A DNA stretch of 64,000 nucleotides from an uncultured Candidatus Saccharibacteria bacterium (GTDB lineage Bacteria > Patescibacteriota > Dojkabacteria > SC72), in assembly GCA_964610125.1 (NCBI GenBank), contig CAZSUV010000001.1:184035-248034 (forward strand), in the 5' to 3' direction. The translations under genes and the position numbers were made by a program. Within the stretch, counting starts at the first letter, position 1. Each line of letters begins with the position of its first letter. Shown here piece after piece: positions 47,361-57,193 of this stretch. The notes under the pieces are model-generated. The model searched no databases. It was not told the DNA's origin and saw nothing but the letters and a program-made list of their open reading frames with translations.

Positions 47361-49598
47361 CTACATTCTAGCATATTTTAATCTTAAACTATTCCCAACT
47401 ACACTAACCGAACTCATAGCCATGGCTATACTAGCTATAATAGGAGAAAGTAATATACCAAAAGGAATATACAAAATCCCCATTGCAATAGGGATAGCTA
47501 TAACATTGTAACCAAATGCCCAATACAAATTCTCATGCAATATCCTCATTGTCTGTTTAGACAAATTAATAGTATCTACAATCTTTAATAGCGAACCACT
47601 AACCAAAACAATATCACCCGAGTCTATAGCTACATCTGTACCAGTACCCATGGCAATCCCGATATCTGCTCTAGCCAATGCAGGGGCATCATTAATACCA
47701 TCCCCAACCATAGCTACAATACCTTGATATTTTTCTTTTACATCCTGAATAACAGAATCCTTTTCTTGAGGTAATACATCTGCAATGACTTCATCAACGC
47801 CAACCTCATCAGCAATTCTTTGAGCAGCTATCTTGTTATCCCCAGTTAACATAATTGTTTTGATACCCATATCATGTAACATTTGTATAGCCAACTTACT
47901 ATCCGCTTTTACCTTATCATTCAACCCATATATCGCTGATATATCCTTCCCCTCAATCTGTATGGCTAATGTATTACCTTCATTCTGTTGATCAGAAATA
48001 TATTGCTGAAGATTAGTTGGAATGGAAGCTATCGTAGTTGCAAATTTTGGATTAACAACATATACCTCTTTCCCATCAACCATGGCTTTGACACCACTCC
48101 CTTCAATATTTTTAAAATCAGAAATGGATATATCATTTGAAGAAGATTCCGGTTTTGAATATTCAGCTATCGCCATCCCCAACGGATGTTCAGAATTCTT
48201 TTCAATGGAGTAGGCTATACTCTTTGAAATATTCTCATCCTTCGCAAAATATTTTGCACTTACAACCTTAGGTTTCCCTTCAGTTATAGTTCCTGTTTTG
48301 TCAAAAACTACAACCTTAATATTTCTTGCATTCTCCAATGCTTGAATATCCTTTATCAATATCCCATTCTTCGCCCCTCTACCAGTACCAACCATAATGG
48401 CGGTTGGAGTAGCTAAACCTAAAGCACAAGGACAAGCAATAACTAAAACAGCGGTAGCCAAATACAAAGAGAATTGTAAATCTTTTCCAATGAGCATCCA
48501 TGTAACAAAAGTAGCAATTGCAATTAATATGATGACAGGTACAAATATCCCAGATATTTTGTCTACAATCTTTTGTATTGGAGGTTGTGAATTCTGAGCC
48601 TCTTGAACAAGCCTAATAATCTGGGCGAGTAGGGTATCCTTTCCAACTTTTGTAGCTTTAACCTGCAACATTCCAGTTAGATTAATTGTTGATCCCACCA
48701 CCTTGCTGTCTATATCTTTCTCAACAGGTAAGGGCTCTCCGCTAATCATTGCTTCATCTACACTAGACATACCTTCAACTACAATTCCATCTATGGGAAT
48801 TTTTTGACCAGGCTTTACTAGAAGAATATCTCCAACCTGTATCTTCTCAATGGGAATGATTTGCTCTTCTCCATTCACAATTATGATTGCTTCCTTAGCT
48901 TGAAGCTTCATGAGATCTCTAACTGCTTCATTTGTTTTGTATCTGGCTTTGGCTTCTAACCATCTTCCGAGGGTTATGAAAAAGATTATAAATACTGCTG
49001 CATCAAAAAATACATTAACATCTTTAGAAAAGAGTTGTGGAAAAAATGTAACAACAGAAGAGAACAGCCAAGAGGTAAATGTACTCAAAGCAACTAAGCT
49101 ATCCATATTAAAAGATCTTTTCTTAATCGCTTTCCAAGCACTAATAAAAAATTGTTTGCCACCGATAAAGATTATTCCGGTTGTTAAGACAAATTGAATT
49201 AGGAAAAGTATATTTACATTCCCAACCATTCCTAGCATATCCTTTATCATTGGTACTATATTCATCATCTCCAATAACATCCAGATCATAAGAAAGAAAA
49301 ATGGAATTGTTGCTATTGTAAGAAATATGAGCGTCCTCTTTATGGTTTTTAACTCTTTCTTCTTTAGTACATCAGTATTGGTATCTTCAAGGAGAAGAGT
49401 GTAATCCCCTATCGAATCTACAGTTTTTTTAATATCCTGAATATTAATTTTCTTCTCATCGTATTCTATCTGCATATCCCCAGAGGTGTAGTTCACAATT
49501 ACATTCTTGATCCCGGGTAATTTGATTAAGAAGCTTTCAATGAGCACCTTACATGAAGCACAATGTAGGCCTTGTATTTTGTAATTTTCTCTTTTCAT
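47361..49598 (-). CDS. copA: Copper-translocating P1B-type ATPase
   Basis: N-terminal HMA ([12 protein letters not shown]), CPC motif ([11 protein letters not shown]), DKTGTIT phosphorylation site, [10 protein letters not shown]. Confidence 0.9.
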   Translation of the reverse strand: MKRENYKIQGLHCASCKVLIESFLIKLPGIKNVIVNYTSGDMQIEYDEKKINIQDIKKTVDSIGDYTLLLEDTNTDVLKKKELKTIKRTLIFLTIATIPFFFLMIWMLLEMMNIVPMIKDMLGMVGNVNILFLIQFVLTTGIIFIGGKQFFISAWKAIKKRSFNMDSLVALSTFTSWLFSSVVTFFPQLFSKDVNVFFDAAVFIIFFITLGRWLEAKARYKTNEAVRDLMKLQAKEAIIIVNGEEQIIPIEKIQVGDILLVKPGQKIPIDGIVVEGMSSVDEAMISGEPLPVEKDIDSKVVGSTINLTGMLQVKATKVGKDTLLAQIIRLVQEAQNSQPPIQKIVDKISGIFVPVIILIAIATFVTWMLIGKDLQFSLYLATAVLVIACPCALGLATPTAIMVGTGRGAKNGILIKDIQALENARNIKVVVFDKTGTITEGKPKVVSAKYFAKDENISKSIAYSIEKNSEHPLGMAIAEYSKPESSSNDISISDFKNIEGSGVKAMVDGKEVYVVNPKFATTIASIPTNLQQYISDQQNEGNTLAIQIEGKDISAIYGLNDKVKADSKLAIQMLHDMGIKTIMLTGDNKIAAQRIADEVGVDEVIADVLPQEKDSVIQDVKEKYQGIVAMVGDGINDAPALARADIGIAMGTGTDVAIDSGDIVLVSGSLLKIVDTINLSKQTMRILHENLYWAFGYNVIAIPIAMGILYIPFGILLSPIIASIAMAMSSVSVVGNSLRLKYARM

Positions 49599-49599
49599 A

Positions 49600-51003
49600 T
49601 TACAGTACAGTTATGGTAACAGGGGAAACCATTCCCATTGAGCAGGTAATTTTGTATGTACCCTTCTTAGGTGTGAATGTAATGATATTCTGTCCTGGTT
49701 TAAGGGATATATATCCATCAAACAAGCCTCTTCCTGACATTGATGCACCACATCCTTGTATTCCTTGGTTATCTACTACCAAAGTAGCTTTGACCCCTGC
49801 CTTGAGCGTTGTAGCTCCTGTGGGTATGTACTGAAAACCCTTAGCTGTGAGGTTGAGAGTTTGTTCACCATTGGGGTCAGGTTTCTTAGTTTCTTCTTGT
49901 TGTACCTGCTTTGGTTGAACCTTAATATCATTTAAACTTGGTAATCCTAATACATTGAATTGTGCATTTATATTGTAAAACACAAAAAAGATTATGAGTA
50001 TTCCTGCTATTTGATTAAACAGTGCTGTACTCTTTGGTTTCTCATTCATCTTTATGCCTGAGATACTAATTCCAAGTAGTGGAATGAATGTTCCTAGTGC
50101 AAAGAAGAGCATAACTAAAGATCCCAGAAGGAAACTCCCGCTTGTTAAGGCTATGCCTTGGGCTATGAGGGTGAATCCACAGGGTATGAAGAATGTTACA
50201 GCTCCCATTGTGAATGGCATGAATCTACCTGAAAATTTGTTCTCATTTGATATGCTCTTGGTAAATGATTTTGGCATTGCGAATCTTAACTTTTGAGCCC
50301 ATTTTACTTCTAGCATTTGCAACGCAAGAATGAACATTCCAATTGATATGAGGATGATGAAGATTGCTGAGAGAGTAGGGTTGTTAAATGTTACTGACTT
50401 CCCGATGAGCCCCAGTACTCCTCCAAACAATGCAAATGATACTATTCTTCCGACATGGAACATAGTATGAGGGATACTTTTTTGCTTTTGTGATTGTCCA
50501 ATATACATATCGTTCCATTGCTTACTCATTGAGAGGAGCATTCCTCCTACAAGGGCTGCACAACTGGATATTCCTGCTACAATTCCTAGTGTAAAGTATG
50601 CACCTAAAGTGAATCCTCCATTTATATTGATATATTTTGCCAACTGTAGTTTGTCTACTACTATGAATATGGTTATGACAACGGCAAGTATCAGTCCAAT
50701 TTTAAATACTTTACCAAGCTTCTCACTGTTTACTGTTAATGCTCCATCTTCTAGATGGAAGAGTGGGGACTCTTTTGTATCTTTTTTCTTTTTCGAAAAA
50801 GTGTACCCCATCTTTTCAAATTCTTTGTTTAGGAGTGGAATATCTAGTTCTTCTTTCCCTTCGTAATATATGTCTACTTTTGAATCTTGTAATGAAGCTT
50901 CTACAGAGGTAACTCCTTTTTGAGCTATGATGTATTTTTCAATTAACAATTCGCATGATGCACAGTGCATTCCTTGGACATAGATTGTTTGTTTCTTACC
51001 CAT
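49600..51003 (-). CDS. HMA-domain / polytopic membrane / C-terminal cupredoxin-like domain protein
   Basis: N-terminal [12 protein letters not shown] metal-binding domain. Six or more TM helices (TauE/DsbD-like region with FFIPCGF). C-terminal beta domain ([12 protein letters not shown]). One nucleotide upstream of copA. Confidence 0.55.
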   Translation of the reverse strand: MGKKQTIYVQGMHCASCELLIEKYIIAQKGVTSVEASLQDSKVDIYYEGKEELDIPLLNKEFEKMGYTFSKKKKDTKESPLFHLEDGALTVNSEKLGKVFKIGLILAVVITIFIVVDKLQLAKYININGGFTLGAYFTLGIVAGISSCAALVGGMLLSMSKQWNDMYIGQSQKQKSIPHTMFHVGRIVSFALFGGVLGLIGKSVTFNNPTLSAIFIILISIGMFILALQMLEVKWAQKLRFAMPKSFTKSISNENKFSGRFMPFTMGAVTFFIPCGFTLIAQGIALTSGSFLLGSLVMLFFALGTFIPLLGISISGIKMNEKPKSTALFNQIAGILIIFFVFYNINAQFNVLGLPSLNDIKVQPKQVQQEETKKPDPNGEQTLNLTAKGFQYIPTGATTLKAGVKATLVVDNQGIQGCGASMSGRGLFDGYISLKPGQNIITFTPKKGTYKITCSMGMVSPVTITVL

Positions 51004-51033
51004 ATTTATACACCTTACTATCTTAGTGTATTT

Positions 51034-51065
51034 AGTATATACTTAGGTGTGTAGTCCTAAGTCAA
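51034..51065 (-). promoter_or_regulatory. MerR-type promoter: TTGACT-N20-TATACT with dyad ACTTAGG-N8-CCTAAGT across spacer and -35
   Basis: On the minus strand, -35 is at 51060-51065 and -10 at 51034-51039. The 20-bp spacer is the hallmark over-long spacer of MerR/CueR-activated promoters. A perfect 7-bp inverted repeat sits at 51041-51062. Drives the HMA/copA operon divergently from the MerR gene. Confidence 0.6.
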
Positions 51066-51075
51066 GCATTTAAAT

Positions 51076-51462
51076 ATGTATATGAAATCAGGTGAATTTA
51101 TATCAAAAACCAAGATTACTAGAGATACCTTGAGATATTACAACAGGCTTGGGTTTTTAGTACCTAAAATTAATCCAAGTAATGGGTACAAGGAATATTC
51201 TGAGGATGATATTTGGATGGTTACCTTCATTAAGAGTGCACAGGGTATTGGGTTTTCTCTAAAGGATATTAAGGAGTTGTCTGAACATATGAAATCAGGA
51301 GAATGTAAGCACAAGTCTTTATTACCATTCCTTAACACTAGATTAGATGAGGTTGAGGAGAAGATTAAGGCATTACAGAAGATTAGGAAACATTTGAAGT
51401 TCTTAATAGAGGATTTTGAACAGAGAGATTGTAGTAAAAAACCGAGTGAATTAAAGCTTTAG
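51076..51462 (+). CDS. MerR-family transcriptional regulator (CueR-like)
   Basis: HTH: ISKTKITRDTLRYYNRLGFLVP. C-terminal coiled-coil and Cys (SGECKHKS). Confidence 0.7.
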   Translation: MYMKSGEFISKTKITRDTLRYYNRLGFLVPKINPSNGYKEYSEDDIWMVTFIKSAQGIGFSLKDIKELSEHMKSGECKHKSLLPFLNTRLDEVEEKIKALQKIRKHLKFLIEDFEQRDCSKKPSELKL

Positions 51463-52224
51463 TAATTCTTTAAAGGCAATTTTGTATTTGTATTCCCTGA
51501 GTTCATACCTATATGCCTTTGAAGCAAGATATTCATCACTTCCGACCAATTCATTTTTTACTAAATTATCTGATATATGTAAGATTGCAGTACTAGGTAC
51601 ATTGTAATGATTTGAGACTGCAAAAAGAGTAGAACTTTCCATCTCTACGGCTAGGTATCCTTCTTCTTGCCACTTATCTACATCTTCCTTAGTTTCTCCA
51701 AGCATAGCTTGGCAGGTTACTACTGGACCTCGATAGGTAGTATATTTTTTGTCTATATTGTTTTCAATTTCTTTACTGAGTTTCTCATCAGGATAGTGTT
51801 TGTTGTCTGTTACATTTCTTTGATACATTCTTGTGGCACTTTCATCTCCATATGTGTATGTGGGAATTATGATATCTCCTGCACTTAGGTTTGTTTGTAG
51901 TCCGCCACAGCTTCCAAGTAGAATATTCTTCTTGGAACCCAATACGCATGCAATATTTGCTAATTCTGAGAGATATGCACCTCCATATACAATGTCATAC
52001 CAGATTCTTTTTCCATTTAATTCAAATTCTACAACATTTCTAAAAAATCCCTTCTCTATATTCTTTGGGGTTGCTACTATATTAAGCTCTGCAAGGGCAT
52101 TGTAAAATGCAGCTTCATCATTGTCTCTTTTTCCTGCACCTGCAACTAAGAGCGCATCTACTTTGTAGTCTTCAGGGAGGTTTAATTGTCTAATCCAATC
52201 TTCTTTTGTTAGGTGTTGGTACAT
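51451..52224 (-). CDS. Nucleoside phosphorylase, PNP/UDP/MTAP family
   Basis: VAGAGKRD..., GKRIWYDIVYGG, LLGSCGGL motifs, collinear with DeoD/Udp-type phosphorylases. Confidence 0.6.
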   Translation of the reverse strand: MYQHLTKEDWIRQLNLPEDYKVDALLVAGAGKRDNDEAAFYNALAELNIVATPKNIEKGFFRNVVEFELNGKRIWYDIVYGGAYLSELANIACVLGSKKNILLGSCGGLQTNLSAGDIIIPTYTYGDESATRMYQRNVTDNKHYPDEKLSKEIENNIDKKYTTYRGPVVTCQAMLGETKEDVDKWQEEGYLAVEMESSTLFAVSNHYNVPSTAILHISDNLVKNELVGSDEYLASKAYRYELREYKYKIAFKELLKL

Positions 52225-52263
52225 AGCAATATATTATCATATAGAGGGCAGGATTAAACATTA

Positions 52264-53178
52264 TTGACACAACTAGTACTCAGATGTATACTCATCCTCG
52301 TGGAAAATGAAATAGGTAAAAAATTAAAAGAATTAAGAACAGTCAAAGGAATAACTCAAAAAGCTCTTGCAAAGAAGCTCGGCTGTACTGAAATCATGAT
52401 TAGCAGGTATGAATTAGGCGTAAGTCAGATATCTATACCCCAGTTAGAAAAAATATCAAAAATACTAGGAACAACAACAAAAGAGTTTTTCAATGGTGAT
52501 GAACATAGTAATCAAAATACTAGTAAATCTTCTACATTTAAAAATGCATTTGTTTTTGATTTAGATGATACCCTTGTAGATGGAAGACAATTCTGTGGCG
52601 AAACAATAGCTAGAGTATTAACCGAAGTAGATCCTACTGTTAATTTTGATCTAGTATGTCAGTTACATGAGAGTATAAGGGGATTAACCATTGAAGATTT
52701 GTATGAATATATTGCTAAAAAGGTAAATGTAAAAATTGATATGGAAAGGTTTTTAAAAAGAGACTTTGAAATACAACAGGAGAATATTGGAAGAATGGAA
52801 TTGTTTGATGGAGTAGTGGAAATACTTGAATTCCTAAAATCAAGTGGAAAAAAAGTGTATATATGTACAAACAGAAAGAAGGAATTACTTATGAATGTGC
52901 TTAATGCTAACAATATTGCAGGATATTTTGATGAGGTTATTTCTTGTGTAGATATGGGTTACAAGAAACCTAATCCATATTGTTTAGTAGATCTAATTCA
53001 GAGATCGGGTAAGAGTATTGATGAGTTTATATATTTTGGTGACTCAGAGGTTGATTCTCAATTTGCGCAGAATGCTAATATTGATCATATTATTTTTGAT
53101 CAATATATGAATAACAAGAATTTGTTTAAGAAGTTAGTAAATATGTTTCTTGAGAGACAGATTAATGGTGAGCATTAA
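52264..53178 (+). CDS. XRE-family HTH domain fused to HAD-superfamily hydrolase
   Basis: HTH LKELRTVKGITQKALAKKLGCTEIMISRYELG. HAD motif I FVFDLDDTLVDG and motif IV FGDSEVDSQFA. A GTG at 52300 is an alternative start. Confidence 0.65.
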   Translation: MTQLVLRCILILVENEIGKKLKELRTVKGITQKALAKKLGCTEIMISRYELGVSQISIPQLEKISKILGTTTKEFFNGDEHSNQNTSKSSTFKNAFVFDLDDTLVDGRQFCGETIARVLTEVDPTVNFDLVCQLHESIRGLTIEDLYEYIAKKVNVKIDMERFLKRDFEIQQENIGRMELFDGVVEILEFLKSSGKKVYICTNRKKELLMNVLNANNIAGYFDEVISCVDMGYKKPNPYCLVDLIQRSGKSIDEFIYFGDSEVDSQFAQNANIDHIIFDQYMNNKNLFKKLVNMFLERQINGEH

Positions 53179-53247
53179 CTGACTTAAGAGAGACACTCGG
53201 TGTGACACATGAGTGTCTCTCCTTTTATTATTTAATTAAGTCAGTTT
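53178..53247. terminator. Bidirectional intrinsic terminator with nested inverted repeats between convergent genes
   Basis: Inner stem AAGAGAGACACTC/GAGTGTCTCTC (53186-53221), then CTTTTATT. Outer arms AACTGACTTAA/TTAAGTCAGTT. Confidence 0.6.
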
Positions 53248-53719
53248 AGCTTATTTCTGTATAATGGAAATCATCCATATCGAAAAAACAGATTTCCAAT
53301 CCCTGAGGAATTGCGATTCTAGCTTTTACTTCCGTAAGGGGAACATGCAGCCGATCTTCGGTTTCGCATTCATCTTTCATATATCTTTCAAAGATAGGGC
53401 TAATTTGGAATGGAAATTTTGTAAGCAGGGAAAGCTTCTTTGTTTCGAGTCTCTTTAGGCGGGTCGGAATACTGATGCATACCACTGTAAGGCAAAAGAG
53501 AACTTTTGCTAAAGTGATATTGTCGGTCCCAACTTCTACCTGGTAGTCTTCAAAATTCTCCTTGAACCAGGTTAGTGCTGCTTCGGATGATTGATTTTGT
53601 CGATTCAACCAATTCTCGAAGAGTGGGGTCCCATTTTCCTTTACGACTAAACACATATTTGTTTCAAGCCATGCGGAAATGGGTTGAATAGTACCTGTGA
53701 CTAAAGACATATCGATCAT
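53246..53719 (-). CDS. Hypothetical protein
   Basis: ORF with no recognisable motif. Locally higher GC than neighbours. Start set at MIDMS; the ORF track extends to 53758. Confidence 0.35.
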   Translation of the reverse strand: MIDMSLVTGTIQPISAWLETNMCLVVKENGTPLFENWLNRQNQSSEAALTWFKENFEDYQVEVGTDNITLAKVLFCLTVVCISIPTRLKRLETKKLSLLTKFPFQISPIFERYMKDECETEDRLHVPLTEVKARIAIPQGLEICFFDMDDFHYTEIS

Positions 53720-53862
53720 TGCGTTTTTCCTCCTGAATTTTTTTAATATAACTTGCAAACAAAAGACCTAATCTTCTCTTTGCAAGCTATATTAGAAACG
53801 TATTTACTGACTTATTAAAGAACACTGTGATTATACTATAAGACAATGTAGAAATCGAGCAA

Positions 53863-54261
53863 CTAAATCTTCCCTAAGATATTTGTAATAACTGGGATAA
53901 GGTAGGGGACAAATATTATTATTCCCAACACCACTGAAGCTATTGCACTAACTAATACACATCCTGCACTTACATCTTTAGCATATTTAATGTTTACCCT
54001 AAACTCTTGGGATATGGTATCACTTAGTGCTTCAATGACACTATTAAATGCTTCCGATATTAATACTAAGGCTATTAAAAATCCTACAGCTATCCATGCG
54101 GTGTGAGATATTTCAAGAAGTATACCTAAGAGTATTGCTAAGAAAGCGAAGATTAACTGTATTCTAAAATTTCTTTCATTCTTGATGATTGAGATTAAAC
54201 CGTGTATAGCATGCTTCTGGCTTTCAAAATATGTCTTAGAGGTTGTGAAAGAGTCTTTCAT
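53863..54261 (-). CDS. dgkA: Diacylglycerol/undecaprenol kinase (DgkA family)
   Basis: 132 aa, 3 TM helices, NFRIQLIFA and EAFNSVIEALSDTIS motifs. Confidence 0.75.
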   Translation of the reverse strand: MKDSFTTSKTYFESQKHAIHGLISIIKNERNFRIQLIFAFLAILLGILLEISHTAWIAVGFLIALVLISEAFNSVIEALSDTISQEFRVNIKYAKDVSAGCVLVSAIASVVLGIIIFVPYLIPVITNILGKI

Positions 54262-54278
54262 TGATATATGGATATATA

Positions 54279-54692
54279 TTATTTTTTTCTATTCATCCAT
54301 GTTACAGTTAATTGTAATACTGTAGCGAATGATACCCAAAGCAAATATGGTATTTGCATATATAATATCCATGGTACAAATGGATATACTACAATCATCA
54401 TCCATACTATGGTTATCCATGTTAATACAATATCTATAGCTGCTAATTCATTGTTCTTTAATCCAAACTGTATAGGGGTGAATAGGGCATTAAGTACTAG
54501 ATTCAATACAAATGGTATACATACAAAAGAAGGAAGATCTCCATTCGAGGTATGTATGAATACATAACCAAAGGAGATGAATATGAGGATGTAGAGGACA
54601 GTCCAAGCTGGTCCGAATAGCCATGAAGGTGGAGCCCAATTAGGCTTTTTTAATTGAGAATACCAATCAGATGTTCTCATTGGATTTTTCAT
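54279..54692 (-). CDS. tspO: TspO/MBR tryptophan-rich sensory protein
   Basis: KPNWAPPSWLFGPAWTVLY and PYLLWVSFATVLQ motifs; 5 TM helices. Confidence 0.75.
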   Translation of the reverse strand: MKNPMRTSDWYSQLKKPNWAPPSWLFGPAWTVLYILIFISFGYVFIHTSNGDLPSFVCIPFVLNLVLNALFTPIQFGLKNNELAAIDIVLTWITIVWMMIVVYPFVPWILYMQIPYLLWVSFATVLQLTVTWMNRKK

Positions 54693-54730
54693 AATTCAAG
54701 TATACACCTTATATTGTATTTGGCGATAGA

Positions 54731-55036
54731 TTATTTCCCTATCTCCCCATACTCCCTATCTATATATTTTGCTGTCTCTATATCCCTAGGTGTAACCTTA
54801 CCTCCTACGCTAAATCTTTGTAATTCAAATATAGCCTTGGAGTAATATACATGTATATCAGGATGATGATCTTCTTTTTCAAAATGTGGTGTTAACTTTT
54901 GTATGAAGTTAATAACACTTGGAAAATCAGGGAATGTAAATTCCTTAGATATTTTGTCATCCTTGTATGTCCATCCGGGGATTTGGCCAAGAGATTTGTT
55001 TATCTCTTCTGGGGTAAGTATCTTTAAGTCTTCCAT
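54731..55036 (-). CDS. Pterin-4a-carbinolamine dehydratase (PCD/DCoH)
   Basis: WTYKDDKISKEFTF...EKEDHHPDIHVYYSKAIFELQRFSVGGKVTPRDIETAKYID matches the PCD signature (E-x-HHP-x...). Confidence 0.8.
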   Translation of the reverse strand: MEDLKILTPEEINKSLGQIPGWTYKDDKISKEFTFPDFPSVINFIQKLTPHFEKEDHHPDIHVYYSKAIFELQRFSVGGKVTPRDIETAKYIDREYGEIGK

Positions 55037-55167
55037 ATAGTATATATGTACTAAACTTAGCTACTACATATATATTATACTCCTTTTTGAAATGTATATT
55101 GAAAAGCTGATATTCAAGTAGGCACAGACACGAGATGTGCCTACTTGATGTAACATCAGTGGAAAAG

Positions 55168-55803
55168 TTAGGTGCCAGAAAAATTGATGTTCAGGAACTC
55201 AAAAGAGCCTTGCACACGAATCCCACTCGAGAGAATTTGAATCTCTGGAAAGAGATTTTTCGTGTTGTTTTCAAGAAATTCCTGAAGCGGTTTACTTTCG
55301 GAACTGAAAAAGTCCCATTTCAATATATCTATATTACTTCCGCCCTGGATAAGAGTTGTTTCAACAAACATCTTGTTCCCGACAAAGAGATTTCCCTTTA
55401 ATTCTGGTCCAGGGTGCTGATTGGTGCGTGTCTGCCAGGCGTCATAATCCGAGAAAATTCTGGAAACTTCTACGCTGGGGTATTCATTATTGATGATAGT
55501 CCAGTATGCAACCAGAGAGGTTACATAGTTAAAAACCGGTTCTTTCCATCCCAATGTAACAAAACCTGCTTGGTTGTCAAAGAGGCCCAAATCGGATTCT
55601 ACACCATTTAGTAGTTTTGCTGTTTCTACGTATGCAGAGGTGATTAGTTTTGAGCGATCCTTAATATCACCAACGATCCTGGATGAGGTTAGGTGGTTTT
55701 TTGTATCGTCACTTTGACTTATCCCAACGAGATAATATCCATACCAACTTTCATTCAATAGCTTTGACATCCAATCTACTGTTTCAAATATATCACCGTT
55801 CAT
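55168..55803 (-). CDS. Hypothetical protein
   Basis: ORF with locally elevated GC and no recognised motif. Start set at MNGDIFETVDW; the ORF track extends to 55860. Confidence 0.35.
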   Translation of the reverse strand: MNGDIFETVDWMSKLLNESWYGYYLVGISQSDDTKNHLTSSRIVGDIKDRSKLITSAYVETAKLLNGVESDLGLFDNQAGFVTLGWKEPVFNYVTSLVAYWTIINNEYPSVEVSRIFSDYDAWQTRTNQHPGPELKGNLFVGNKMFVETTLIQGGSNIDILKWDFFSSESKPLQEFLENNTKNLFPEIQILSSGIRVQGSFEFLNINFSGT

Positions 55804-55970
55804 GGTTTCTCTCCTTTTGAGTCTTTCTGAATTTGGGTTGAATATATACATAATTAACAAGAGAACAGAGTCTCTTGAATATTTTCCACTGATTGTTAAT
55901 GATCGTATAGATTATACTATGAGATATGACAGATATCCATCCTTAGGTTTAATCCTCTAAAGGGTATATA

Positions 55971-56549
55971 ATGAAATATATGGAAAACAAAAAGAAAATA
56001 TATGCATTCATAGATAGTCAGAATATAAATATGGGTGTATTTGCTAAACGATGGAATATGGATTGGGGTAAGTTTAGGGAATATCTTAGAAATACATTTG
56101 GTGTAGAGAAGGCATACCTATTTATTGGGTATATTGATACGAATGAGGATCTATACAAGAGATTGGAGAAGGAAGGGTTCATAGTTATATACAAGAAGGT
56201 ATTGGCTGTTACTAAGGATGAGGTTACTACTTACAAGGGTAATGTGGATGCTGAGATGGTATTACATACTATGATTGAATATCCTAATTATGATTCTGCC
56301 ATTATATGTACAGGGGATGGTGATTTTCTATGTTTAATTGAATATTTAGAGAAGAATAACAAATTAGAAAAGATTATTGCTGCTAACAAGAGGTTTAGTA
56401 CATTATTACAAGGATATTCTAAGTATATATTAGATCTATATTCTTTGAAGAAGGAATTGGGGTATATGAGGAAGGGGAAGAAAAAGGAACAACAGAATGG
56501 AAAAACGGCTCTGAATAAAGAAATAACGGCTACACCTCATCCACAGTAG
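55971..56549 (+). CDS. NYN-domain (PIN-like RNase fold) protein
   Basis: IYAFIDSQNINMG... and ICTGDGDF motifs (acidic residues of the NYN/LabA-like nuclease fold). Confidence 0.65.
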   Translation: MKYMENKKKIYAFIDSQNINMGVFAKRWNMDWGKFREYLRNTFGVEKAYLFIGYIDTNEDLYKRLEKEGFIVIYKKVLAVTKDEVTTYKGNVDAEMVLHTMIEYPNYDSAIICTGDGDFLCLIEYLEKNNKLEKIIAANKRFSTLLQGYSKYILDLYSLKKELGYMRKGKKKEQQNGKTALNKEITATPHPQ

Positions 56550-56570
56550 TACCCTGTGTGTAATTGGAAC

Positions 56571-56599
56571 TTGACGAATACCGAAGATTTTGGTAGAAT
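56571..56599 (+). promoter_or_regulatory. Near-consensus sigma70 promoter TTGACG-N17-TAGAAT placing the TSS at or within 1 nt of the hsdS-half ATG (leaderless)
   Basis: -35 at 56571-56576, -10 at 56594-56599. ATG at 56606 lies 7 nt after the -10. No Shine-Dalgarno. Confidence 0.55.
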
Positions 56600-56605
56600 A
56601 CTCTT

Positions 56606-57181
56606 ATGGTTGAATATACAGAATTAAAAAACATATCAAGAATCATTTCGGGATACACGTTTAGAAATGCTGTTATTCATACTCCAACTGGAAGCTACCC
56701 AGTTGTACAATCCAAAAATCTTACAAAAGGCCTGTATATAAATGAGAAGGCGTTATCTTTTGTTAATTTGGATAACGTTAATACTAAAGCTATAGCAGAA
56801 GACGGTGATGTTGTAATAAGCGCAAGGGGAAAGTCTATCGCAGCTGTAGTTAAATCAGAAAGAAAGCTAGTGGTTTCATCATCTTTGTATCTTGCAAGAG
56901 TTAATAGCAATCTTATGCTACCCGAATTTTTGGCCTTGTATCTAAATTCTCCTGCAGGACAAATGGATTTGCAAAAACGAGCTACAGGAGCAACAATTAA
57001 GACAATTCTTAAAGGAGCTCTTGAGAATATAGAAATTCCAAGATTGCCTCTTAAGAAACAGGAAATAATAGTAAAAATGTATCTAAACATGGAAAAGCAA
57101 TCTAAATTACTTGAAAGATGGCAAGAGATAAATAATAGATTTTTTGAAATTACCTTAAATAAGGTTATAAATAATTTTTAA
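56606..57181 (+). CDS. hsdS: Type I restriction-modification specificity subunit, half-size (single target-recognition domain)
   Basis: 191 aa. One TRD followed by the conserved HsdS helical region (IEIPRLPLKKQEIIVKMYLNMEKQSKLLE). Directly upstream of hsdM. Confidence 0.65.
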   Translation: MVEYTELKNISRIISGYTFRNAVIHTPTGSYPVVQSKNLTKGLYINEKALSFVNLDNVNTKAIAEDGDVVISARGKSIAAVVKSERKLVVSSSLYLARVNSNLMLPEFLALYLNSPAGQMDLQKRATGATIKTILKGALENIEIPRLPLKKQEIIVKMYLNMEKQSKLLERWQEINNRFFEITLNKVINNF

Positions 57182-57193
57182 TTAGGGATAACA

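Noticed and set aside
55135-55401. 88-aa plus-strand ORF and inverted repeat CAAGTAGGCAC-N11-GTGCCTACTTG at 55116-55148
   Set aside because: The ORF is antisense to the 55168-55803 gene. The hairpin lacks a downstream T-run on either strand, so it is at most a weak terminator for the minus-strand gene.
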